A stretch of 41,412 nucleotides of DNA from a virus (taxonomy: Duplodnaviria; Caudoviricetes): positions 1 through 41,412 of the IMG/VR virus record IMGVR_UViG_3300036982_000284; one strand, 5' to 3'. Under the pieces are notes generated by a model that was not told the DNA's origin, ran no database searches, and was given only the letters and a program-made list of their open reading frames with translations. Below, piece by piece: positions 34,942-41,412 of this stretch; the stretch's first letter is position 1; each line of letters opens with the position of its first letter. A program made the position numbers and the translations under genes.

Positions 34942-35832
34942 ATGAACGCAACTCCGATCACATTTGGCTCATTGTTCGCCGGCATCGGTGGCTTTGATCT
35001 CGGATTTGAGCGGGCCGGAATGGTCTGCAAATGGCAGGTTGAAATTGATGACTACGCAAGTCGAGTGCTCGCCAAACATTGGCCGAACGTCCACAGAGAG
35101 CGAGACATCCGAGAGTGTGGACGGCACAACCTTGAATCAGTCGACGCTATCTGCGGAGGCTTTCCGTGCCAAGATATTTCCTACGCCGGACTCGGGGCAG
35201 GTCTTGACGGAGAACGCTCTGGGTTGTTCTTTGAAGCCATTCGCGTGGTTCGCGAACTCCGACCGAGAATCGTTGTGTTGGAGAACGTGGCAGCGTTGCT
35301 TACTCGGGGGCTGGACAGAGTTCTCGGGACGTTGGCCGAGATCGGGTTTGATGCGGAATGGCATAGCATACCGGCTGCCGCCGTTGGTGCCCCGCATATC
35401 CGGGACAGAGTCTTCGTTCTGGCGTACTCCAACAGTGACGGAAGCTGGAAACAAAATAGAGACGCTTTACACCAAAGACGGACAGCCAGCGAGACTTGGG
35501 GAACGGGCGTACCGAGTGGACGGGAGTCTTCAGGGACAGACATTGAGTCAGCAAGTTCGATACAGTCAACATTGGCCAACACCGACGTCCAGAGATCACA
35601 AAGGGTGCGGACAGAACGGACGAATCAGGAACGGAAAGATTCAGACGGATACTCTGGATCGCGCCGTTTGGGCGGAAGAGAATTCGCCGAATGGTGGGCA
35701 GTTGAACCCGACGTGGGTCGAGTGGCTCATGGGATTCCCGCTCGGTCACACAGACTTAGAGGACTCGGAAACGCCGTCGTCCCACAAGTCGCGGAATGGA
35801 TCGGGAAACGGATAGTTGAAACCGTAGGGTGA
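34942..35832 (+). CDS. C5 cytosine DNA methyltransferase, large chain
   Basis: SLFAGIGG (I), GGFPCQD (IV), LENV (VI), PHIRDRVF (VIII), LGNAVVPQV (X); motif IX absent. Confidence 0.92.
   Translation: MNATPITFGSLFAGIGGFDLGFERAGMVCKWQVEIDDYASRVLAKHWPNVHRERDIRECGRHNLESVDAICGGFPCQDISYAGLGAGLDGERSGLFFEAIRVVRELRPRIVVLENVAALLTRGLDRVLGTLAEIGFDAEWHSIPAAAVGAPHIRDRVFVLAYSNSDGSWKQNRDALHQRRTASETWGTGVPSGRESSGTDIESASSIQSTLANTDVQRSQRVRTERTNQERKDSDGYSGSRRLGGREFAEWWAVEPDVGRVAHGIPARSHRLRGLGNAVVPQVAEWIGKRIVETVG
34964..35815 (+). CDS. Nested alternative-frame ORF carrying MTase TRD/motif IX (small chain; start uncertain)
   Basis: 283 codons open; WPTPTSRDHKG and LNPTWVEWLMGFPLGHTD. Confidence 0.7.
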   Translation: MAHCSPASVALISDLSGPEWSANGRLKLMTTQVECSPNIGRTSTESETSESVDGTTLNQSTLSAEAFRAKIFPTPDSGQVLTENALGCSLKPFAWFANSDRESLCWRTWQRCLLGGWTEFSGRWPRSGLMRNGIAYRLPPLVPRISGTESSFWRTPTVTEAGNKIETLYTKDGQPARLGERAYRVDGSLQGQTLSQQVRYSQHWPTPTSRDHKGCGQNGRIRNGKIQTDTLDRAVWAEENSPNGGQLNPTWVEWLMGFPLGHTDLEDSETPSSHKSRNGSGNG

Positions 35833-35868
35833 GCAGCGGGCTGGAAATCCGGTAGGCGCGGTGAAAGG

Positions 35869-36069
35869 ATGAAAATGGAACCATCAGAACGACAGCGATT
35901 CCTGCAATATTGCAAGCAGCAGGTGTCGTCGGCGAAGGCGATAATCAGCCAATTGGAATCAATGCCTGGCATGATTCCGCAGGTAATTCAGCGGGAAAAG
36001 CAGAAGGCAGCGGCCTACGCCATCGTGGCGATGGACCTTGAATCTGTGAGTGATGAATCGATCGGATGA
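35869..36069 (+). CDS. Small hypothetical protein
   Basis: AAAGG RBS; bounded by junction sites. Confidence 0.7.
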   Translation: MKMEPSERQRFLQYCKQQVSSAKAIISQLESMPGMIPQVIQREKQKAAAYAIVAMDLESVSDESIG

Positions 36070-36099
36070 CGAGCGGATAGAAATTCCGATAACAGGAGA

Positions 36100-36384
36100 T
36101 TGATCGTGGAAGTGATTCGGAAATATGGATTACCAATTTTCGACCGGCAGACGGTCACAATGCCAAAAGATGCAAACATCTTGAGCGTTCAGGATCAGGC
36201 CGGAGGATTGCAATTGTGGGCAATCGTCAATCCGGATGCTGAGCGAGAGCAGCGGTTGATTGAGATCGTCGGCACTGGGAATCCAATGCAAGACGTGACC
36301 AAAGAGGGATTGGCAAGGCTGCATTTGGCGACCGTCCAGACTGCTGGCGGAAGCCTCGTTTGGCATGTGTTCGAGTTGCTGTAA
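36100..36384 (+). CDS. Phage hypothetical protein
   Basis: AGGAG RBS; KY.L...MPKDANILSVQ.Q...LWA.V...GTG...VWHVFE. Confidence 0.75.
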   Translation: MIVEVIRKYGLPIFDRQTVTMPKDANILSVQDQAGGLQLWAIVNPDAEREQRLIEIVGTGNPMQDVTKEGLARLHLATVQTAGGSLVWHVFELL

Positions 36385-36445
36385 CCAACAGAGGTTGTGG
36401 GTTCCGCTCCTCACTAAAATCTTTCCGGAATCAATAATTATTGTA

Positions 36446-36473
36446 TTGACAACAATCAGACTGCCGATAAGAT
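36446..36473 (+). promoter_or_regulatory. Sigma70-like promoter TTGACA-N16-TAAGAT
   Basis: Near-consensus boxes with an AT-rich upstream tract. Confidence 0.7.
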
Positions 36474-36480
36474 TGTGTGA

Positions 36481-36771
36481 GTGGCAAACAACACGATAGA
36501 CATTGGAACAAATAACATGCTCACGCAAGATCCAATCACAGAGAGAGTTGCATCCGCCATCGGCATGACAGTAGAAGAGGCGGAAGGGAATACAATGGTC
36601 GCTGCCAGAAATGCTGCGTCAGTTCTGCGGGCGGCGGGGTTCACTCGCAAGTACAATCACGGTGCTTGGGACCGTGGAATGAGATGGTTCAAGCCGGGCA
36701 GTGATGTTCCGCTTCCTGATCTTTGCGCAACGTCAGTTCTCGGCGTCGCGATTGTTGATGGGTTGGTGTGA
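36481..36771 (+). CDS. Hypothetical protein (start may be ATG 36517)
   Basis: Directly after the promoter. Confidence 0.65.
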   Translation: MANNTIDIGTNNMLTQDPITERVASAIGMTVEEAEGNTMVAARNAASVLRAAGFTRKYNHGAWDRGMRWFKPGSDVPLPDLCATSVLGVAIVDGLV

Positions 36772-36772
36772 C

Positions 36773-36979
36773 ATGGAAAAAAAACAGGGAAGACCACCAA
36801 CAGAACGCGGGGCGTACAACCCGAACCCCGCCCGCCAGTTCGGCCGGATCTCTGACGAAGACTGGCAGGAAATCAAAGAGGCGTGCGAGGCGTCTGGCCA
36901 GTCTTTGGTTGAGTGGGGCTTGCCTGCATTGCTCGCTAAGGCAAAACGCGAAAAACAACAGCAGGCAAAACAAGAGTAA
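36773..36979 (+). CDS. Small DNA-binding protein (GRP hook + RHH-like)
   Basis: KKQGRPP...RISDEDWQEIKEA....GQSLVEW. Confidence 0.65.
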   Translation: MEKKQGRPPTERGAYNPNPARQFGRISDEDWQEIKEACEASGQSLVEWGLPALLAKAKREKQQQAKQE

Positions 36980-36997
36980 CAGCGGGGCACACTACCG

Positions 36998-37291
36998 ATG
37001 GACGCGGAAGAAGACACAGACGAACTTGAATTAGAAACAATCGGGTACTTCGTGCATCAGGGCCACCAGCAGTTAATGTGCAGTGTTGATCAGGAAATAC
37101 TGCGGGCATCGCTGGCGGTGGCCGAGGACTGCAGGGACTTCGGAACGGAGCTTCTCGCTATCCACGATGCGAATTTGGGCCGTGAACTGAAGCGGCACAA
37201 TATGATGGCAATTGAACTTGAAAAGAGCGTCGCGAACGCGAGAAAAACAATTGAACAGATGCGGGCCGCGATGGGCTGGCCAGCGGTGTGA
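36998..37291 (+). CDS. Hypothetical protein
   Basis: ATG immediately after a junction site; stop inside the next site. Confidence 0.65.
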   Translation: MDAEEDTDELELETIGYFVHQGHQQLMCSVDQEILRASLAVAEDCRDFGTELLAIHDANLGRELKRHNMMAIELEKSVANARKTIEQMRAAMGWPAV

Positions 37292-37315
37292 CTGTCCGAT
37301 AGTCGCGGAGATGTT

Positions 37316-37576
37316 GTGATGTGGCAAAGATATGTGACAATCCCAATGCGGCGAAACATCGGCAACAGTCGCTGTGAAACGGCATGGGACGCATTCAACG
37401 ACGACGTTGGGTTTCTTTCCGGTCGTGAGGTCGTAATGTGTTCTTTGGCTACTCGAAGACGCAGCGTTCGATTGCACTTCGCGGAGCATCGGGAATACTG
37501 CCCTGCGGACTGCCCGAATCAGCCTGAGAAGAGTTTCAAATACGTGATTCGGTCGCTCATTCGAAAGCACCGATGA
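37316..37576 (+). CDS. Hypothetical protein
   Basis: GGAG RBS; bounded by junction sites. Confidence 0.5.
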   Translation: MMWQRYVTIPMRRNIGNSRCETAWDAFNDDVGFLSGREVVMCSLATRRRSVRLHFAEHREYCPADCPNQPEKSFKYVIRSLIRKHR

Positions 37577-37612
37577 GCAGCGGGTACGAGTGCCGATAGT
37601 TATGGGAATGAG

Positions 37613-37813
37613 ATGCCGACACCATTCGAATTAGCGAACTCAATCCAGCCCGCAATGGTAGGCTTTAAGCGGTGCGGGTGCTGTGCGGCTGTCGATCTCG
37701 ACGCATTTCCGGAGACTGTGGTCGAATGGAAACGCAAAGGATACGAAATCAGAATGATGCCGAAAAAAGACGCTGTCGCGTTGCTCAAGTCGTCATTTTG
37801 TCAGCACAATTGA
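37613..37813 (+). CDS. Small Cys-containing hypothetical protein
   Basis: Bounded by junction sites. Confidence 0.6.
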   Translation: MPTPFELANSIQPAMVGFKRCGCCAAVDLDAFPETVVEWKRKGYEIRMMPKKDAVALLKSSFCQHN

Positions 37814-37841
37814 ACAGCGGATAACCATGCCGAGAGACGCG

Positions 37842-38129
37842 ATGAGAATTGCAATCGACTTTGATGAAACACTGACACTTGACGCGGCCCTCTGGCGTGG
37901 ATTCATTGATCTTTGCGTTGCTGGCGGACACAGCATCGTGTGCGTAACAGCCCGCAGGGATACCGACGAAAACCGAGAGACGCTCAGTGAGTGGATGGAA
38001 TCTCACGGAATCATACTTCCAGTGTACTTCACGGGGCTGGGAAGCAAGATCGATTTCATGGCACGACGATCGATCAAGGTTGATATCTGGATTGATGATG
38101 ACCCTCGCAAATGTGCGTTGGGGCACTAG
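37842..38129 (+). CDS. Minimal HAD-superfamily hydrolase
   Basis: IAIDFDETL (I), VTARR (II), SK (III), IWIDDDP (IV). Confidence 0.85.
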   Translation: MRIAIDFDETLTLDAALWRGFIDLCVAGGHSIVCVTARRDTDENRETLSEWMESHGIILPVYFTGLGSKIDFMARRSIKVDIWIDDDPRKCALGH

Positions 38130-38162
38130 GGACAGAGGATCACAGGACCACGAGGCGCAACG

Positions 38163-38417
38163 ATGACAGACGAAATGACAAGTAAACACAATCCTATTGG
38201 CTCTCAGGAGTGGCTGCAGATGCACGCATGGTTTCCATGCCAGCATTGCGAGGAATCAAACGAGCCAACGGTGCATAGAGCCGTCGACCTCAAGATATGG
38301 GACGGCATGACAATCTGCGACGAATGCTGGTCCAACTACAATCAGGGACCAATTCCGGAGCGATGGCCGGAACTTGATCCGTTCGAACCGTTTAAGTTTT
38401 TGAATGAGCAGCGGTAG
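38163..38417 (+). CDS. Small zinc-finger protein
   Basis: GAGG RBS; CQHC...ICDECW. Confidence 0.65.
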   Translation: MTDEMTSKHNPIGSQEWLQMHAWFPCQHCEESNEPTVHRAVDLKIWDGMTICDECWSNYNQGPIPERWPELDPFEPFKFLNEQR

Positions 38418-38441
38418 AAATATCCGATAGCACTTTTTGCA

Positions 38442-38470
38442 TTGACATCGAGCCGAGTTCCTGGCATGAT
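38442..38470 (+). promoter_or_regulatory. Probable promoter TTGACA-N17-CATGAT for the lysis/late block
   Basis: Perfect -35 and spacing; upstream of the holin-like gene. Confidence 0.55.
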
Positions 38471-38544
38471 GTCGGCACCGCTGGTTTTACAATCCGATCT
38501 TCGCGTCCGCTGCAAAGCGTGCGCAGTTTCGTGGAGTGTGACCA

Positions 38545-38784
38545 GTGTGGAAACTGCTTGCTGAAGTGCTGACAAGCAAAAAAGCTATCGCAACGATGGC
38601 AGGCGTGTTGATCGTGGCCACGAATAAGATTGGCCTGCAACTCCCGGAAGAAGCCGTCACTCAGATCATTGGTGCGATTGCGGCCTATGTCGTTTCGCAG
38701 GGCTTGGCTGACTTTGGCAAATCCAAAGCCACGCTGACGCCGGTTCTGATGTTTTGCGCTGCCTCGTTTGCGATGGTGGCATAA
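38545..38784 (+). CDS. Holin-like membrane protein
   Basis: GGAG RBS; LTSKK + TM, then AYVVSQGLAD; 2-3 hydrophobic helices. Confidence 0.7.
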   Translation: MWKLLAEVLTSKKAIATMAGVLIVATNKIGLQLPEEAVTQIIGAIAAYVVSQGLADFGKSKATLTPVLMFCAASFAMVA

Positions 38785-39293
38785 TGGCCAAGAAAGCCCC
38801 CGCAAAGCCAGCAGCGAAGCGAAAACCACGGGCAAAAAAGCCTGTGCAGCCTGCGATTGAGCTATCCGAGCTGAGCGACGAAACCAAAAAGCGGCTGACT
38901 GAGATTCTGGAAGCAAAAGCAGATTCATCGAAGTCAATCGCGTGGCGGTCTTGGTTAGTCAGTGGGGCCAAGGCCGTCGCGTTGGTTGTTTGCGGGGCTG
39001 TGGCTGGGATCTGGTCAGCCGGTGGCATTGCGGTCGGGCCGGGGCCAGTTGGCGACGTATTGCAGCAATCCTATTCAGCGGATCGCGTTACGCAGGTCGC
39101 TGTTCTGCGTGATTTAGCAACGCAAGCATTTGACGGCACGACTGACGACGGTCGGAAGCAGGCGGGCGAGTGGTTCAACGCTCAGCGTTTCCGCAATCGG
39201 GCCAATGATTTCGGCGGCTATACGGATCGAGTCGCGGAAGCCATTGCGGCAAATGCAGAAGACTCTCTGGCGAACGAATTGGAGGCCAAATGA
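38784..39293 (+). CDS. Single-pass membrane protein with a basic N-terminus
   Basis: TAATG coupling; KKAPAKPAAKRK; TM AVALVVCGAVAGIW. Confidence 0.65.
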   Translation: MAKKAPAKPAAKRKPRAKKPVQPAIELSELSDETKKRLTEILEAKADSSKSIAWRSWLVSGAKAVALVVCGAVAGIWSAGGIAVGPGPVGDVLQQSYSADRVTQVAVLRDLATQAFDGTTDDGRKQAGEWFNAQRFRNRANDFGGYTDRVAEAIAANAEDSLANELEAK

Positions 39294-40105
39294 GCGGCTA
39301 CCCAATCGAACTGGAAGACCGTGAGTTCATCCGGTCATTGCCAAACGAATCGCCAGTTCTCGCAATGCGTGGAACGTTTCAGGAGATCCGCCTAGACGCA
39401 AAGCAGATCCTGCAGGTAGAGAATCAGGCTCGCCAAGGGTCATGTGCGGGGCACTCGCTTTCGTCAATCCTTGAGTGGTGCTATGCGATCGCAACAGGCG
39501 GGGATCGAATTTCGTTGTCCCGCGCCATGGCCTATTACGAGACACAGCGAATCGACGGCATTCGTGGAGACAATGGCAGCACGATTGCTGGCGGCTGCAA
39601 ACTCGCTGTTGAGACTGGTGTTTGTCGCGAAGAACTTTGGAAGTATCCGGCAGACTACAGCCCGGCAAGGCCGTCAAACTTTGAAGAGATCAAAGAAGAC
39701 GCGGCCAAATACAAAGTCAAAACGCGGATCAAAATGACCTCCTACGACGGAGTCAGAACGTTCCTTGGCGCGGGGCTCGGGGGTATTCACGGCGGATGGA
39801 ATTGGAATTCGTCGTTTGAGAAAAAGGTTGTGGAGACCTTCAGCCCGACGAACCGCGACGGAGGACACTCAGAGGCAACGATTTGCTTGAGCACCAAAGA
39901 AGACAGCAACGGAAGGCCGTTTGTTTGGGTGCTCGGGAGCTGGGGCAAAGGGTTCGCTGAGGCCGGATGGCAGGAAGTCAGCCCAACATGCCTGCAGCAG
40001 ATGTTGAAGCATCCAAATACAGTGCTTGTTGGCCTGTCCGATATGTCAAACATCAAGCCGCGAAAATTTGATGTCAACGATTTGAAGCAATCACTGAGGA
40101 TCTGA
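39290..40105 (+). CDS. Papain-like (C1) cysteine peptidase
   Basis: VENQARQGSCAGH, GVCREELWKY, GGH, SWGKGF. Confidence 0.85.
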   Translation: MSGYPIELEDREFIRSLPNESPVLAMRGTFQEIRLDAKQILQVENQARQGSCAGHSLSSILEWCYAIATGGDRISLSRAMAYYETQRIDGIRGDNGSTIAGGCKLAVETGVCREELWKYPADYSPARPSNFEEIKEDAAKYKVKTRIKMTSYDGVRTFLGAGLGGIHGGWNWNSSFEKKVVETFSPTNRDGGHSEATICLSTKEDSNGRPFVWVLGSWGKGFAEAGWQEVSPTCLQQMLKHPNTVLVGLSDMSNIKPRKFDVNDLKQSLRI

Positions 40106-40114
40106 AACGAAAAA

Positions 40115-40141
40115 CCCCGCGATGGTTGTCGCCATCCGGGG
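40115..40141. other. Hairpin upstream of the HNH gene
   Basis: CCCCGCGATGG/CCATCCGGGG imperfect stem preceded by an A run. Confidence 0.5.
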
Positions 40142-40174
40142 AAGTGTCCCAAACCTGAATGAGAGGATTGAGCA

Positions 40175-40846
40175 ATGAGAATCAAAGCATCAGAAACATG
40201 GTTAGTCAAGGGGCTTCTGACTCAAAAAGGCAAAGCGTTCAAGTCGCTGATTGGAAAGCAGATTCAGTATGTTGCTGTTTTTGAATGTGAATGCGGCAAT
40301 AGGTTAGTAGTCACACATGGAAGTGTTGCCGGAGGCCACACCCGGTCATGTGGTTGCGTCAGAAAAGGCTTGAGTAATGAAAAAGCCAAAACACATGGCC
40401 ACACAAAAACGTTGAGTGGAAAGACTACAGTTTCTCGCGAGTACAGGACGTGGTGCAACATGAGGACGCGATGCGACAACCCAAACAATATGGCATATCA
40501 GGACTACGGTGGGCGGGGCATTTCCTATGACCCTCGCTGGGTTCGCTTTGAGTCGTTCATTGAAGACATGGGCGATCGGCCGGAAGGAACGTCACTGGAT
40601 CGAATCGACAATAACAAATCATATTCGAAAGACAATTGTCGATGGGCGACGCCTAAGCAACAAGCAAACAACAAGCGATCTAACGTGGTAATTTCAATAA
40701 ACGGTATCAGCAAAACAATGTCGGAATGGTCGCTCGTCGAAGGTGCCGCGAAGACTGGCACGATTCATTACAGAATAAAGCGTGGGTGGAGTCATCAAAA
40801 TGCAGTTTTTGGAAAGCAGACAAAGGAGTGCCCTAGCAATGCGTAA
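40175..40846 (+). CDS. HNH homing-type endonuclease
   Basis: CECG..RSCGC; YRTW.NM..RC; YGGRGI; SLDRIDNNKSYSKDNCRWAT..QANN. Confidence 0.9.
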   Translation: MRIKASETWLVKGLLTQKGKAFKSLIGKQIQYVAVFECECGNRLVVTHGSVAGGHTRSCGCVRKGLSNEKAKTHGHTKTLSGKTTVSREYRTWCNMRTRCDNPNNMAYQDYGGRGISYDPRWVRFESFIEDMGDRPEGTSLDRIDNNKSYSKDNCRWATPKQQANNKRSNVVISINGISKTMSEWSLVEGAAKTGTIHYRIKRGWSHQNAVFGKQTKECPSNA

Positions 40847-41412
40847 TAACATGTGGTGCATTCTGCTTTTCGTTTCCGGATGCTGCTTCGGGTGCTCGCA
40901 ATCAGGTGAGATTGAGGCACTGAAAGCATCACTTCGCACATCTGAGGAAACGATCGTTGCGGCATCTTTCGCAACCGTGACTAAGACCGACGAAGCAATC
41001 GTCATTCTAAAAGACAATACAACCGCACTGGCCGCGATTAAAAGCCAGATTGATGCAATTCAGGTCGTTTCCAAAGCTGCCAACAGTGAGGAGGTGATCC
41101 AGTCTGCCCCTGAGTCCCCGGCAAAAGCGAACACTGCACTAGCCTCTGTTAAAGTCGCTACGCCGGGGACTTCTTCTCGAATTGCATCAGACGGAACTAT
41201 TTTGCGGTGGAACGTGGAGGGGAATTGGAGTCCGAGCATTCTCGAAACCTCAGCACATTTGCGAACTCACGGCATCGAAACCAATGGCATGACGCATCAA
41301 GAAATGGCTGACATCCATGCTGATCTGCATGAGGGAAACGTGACCGCAAAGGTTAAGGTAGTGAATCGTGGAACATCGTGTCCGAACGGACGGTGTCCTG
41401 TTCCGCAACGCC
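40839..41412 (+). CDS. Putative lipoprotein spanning the contig junction (5' part; ~201 aa in total, stop at 372)
   Basis: ATG 40839 overlaps the HNH gene end; MRNNMWCILLFVSGCCFGC resembles a lipoprotein signal; in frame with 41073 = position 1. Confidence 0.7.
   Translation, partial: MRNNMWCILLFVSGCCFGCSQSGEIEALKASLRTSEETIVAASFATVTKTDEAIVILKDNTTALAAIKSQIDAIQVVSKAANSEEVIQSAPESPAKANTALASVKVATPGTSSRIASDGTILRWNVEGNWSPSILETSAHLRTHGIETNGMTHQEMADIHADLHEGNVTAKVKVVNRGTSCPNGRCPVPQR
41073..41412. repeat. Terminal redundancy, right copy (allele B); contig closes as a circle
   Basis: Direct comparison with 1-343. Confidence 0.95.

Larger units (their letters stand above)
35834..38426 (+). repeat. Nine dispersed CAG(C/A)GG-N9-CCG junction sites
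   Basis: Starts at 35834, 36071, 36389, 36980, 37281, 37578, 37815, 38133, 38409; each at a stop codon. Confidence 0.9.

Noticed and set aside
35834-38426. CRISPR array or canonical integron attC array
   Set aside because: Repeats are only ~9 conserved bases separated by whole genes; no long attC hairpin with a GTTRRRY end and no intI or cas gene seen

Overview
The window is an apparently complete, circularly closed genome of a tailed siphovirus-like phage with a lambda-like head module. The unit length is about 41,072 bp, and nearly all genes are on the + strand. Positions 1-343 reappear at 41073-41412 as a second allele, most likely an assembly bubble. Gene order: accessory membrane/virion genes (0.4-4.9 kb), cosQ-like site and terminase, portal, protease-capsid fusion, head-tail and tail genes with a -1 frameshifted chaperone, tape measure, two glycosyltransferase-like genes, then early/replication genes (ParB-like, CsrA, RusA, HD hydrolase, split initiator, DnaC-like ATPase), a dual-frame C5 methyltransferase, an array of small genes, and a lysis-position block (holin, papain-like protease, HNH, lipoprotein). 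No integrase, reverse transcriptase, tRNA or CRISPR array was recognised. A Planctomycetota host is a weak inference. The two most unusual elements are: (1) ectoine hydroxylase (EctD) and ectoine synthase (EctC) genes tightly coupled inside an IbrA(PAPS-reductase-like/DUF3440)-IbrB(ParB-like) operon, with no ectA/ectB; and (2) a CAGCGG-N9-CCG site with exact spacing at nine of ten gene junctions across 35.8-38.4 kb, suggesting a cassette-like array. All family calls come from motif recognition by eye, not from database searches.
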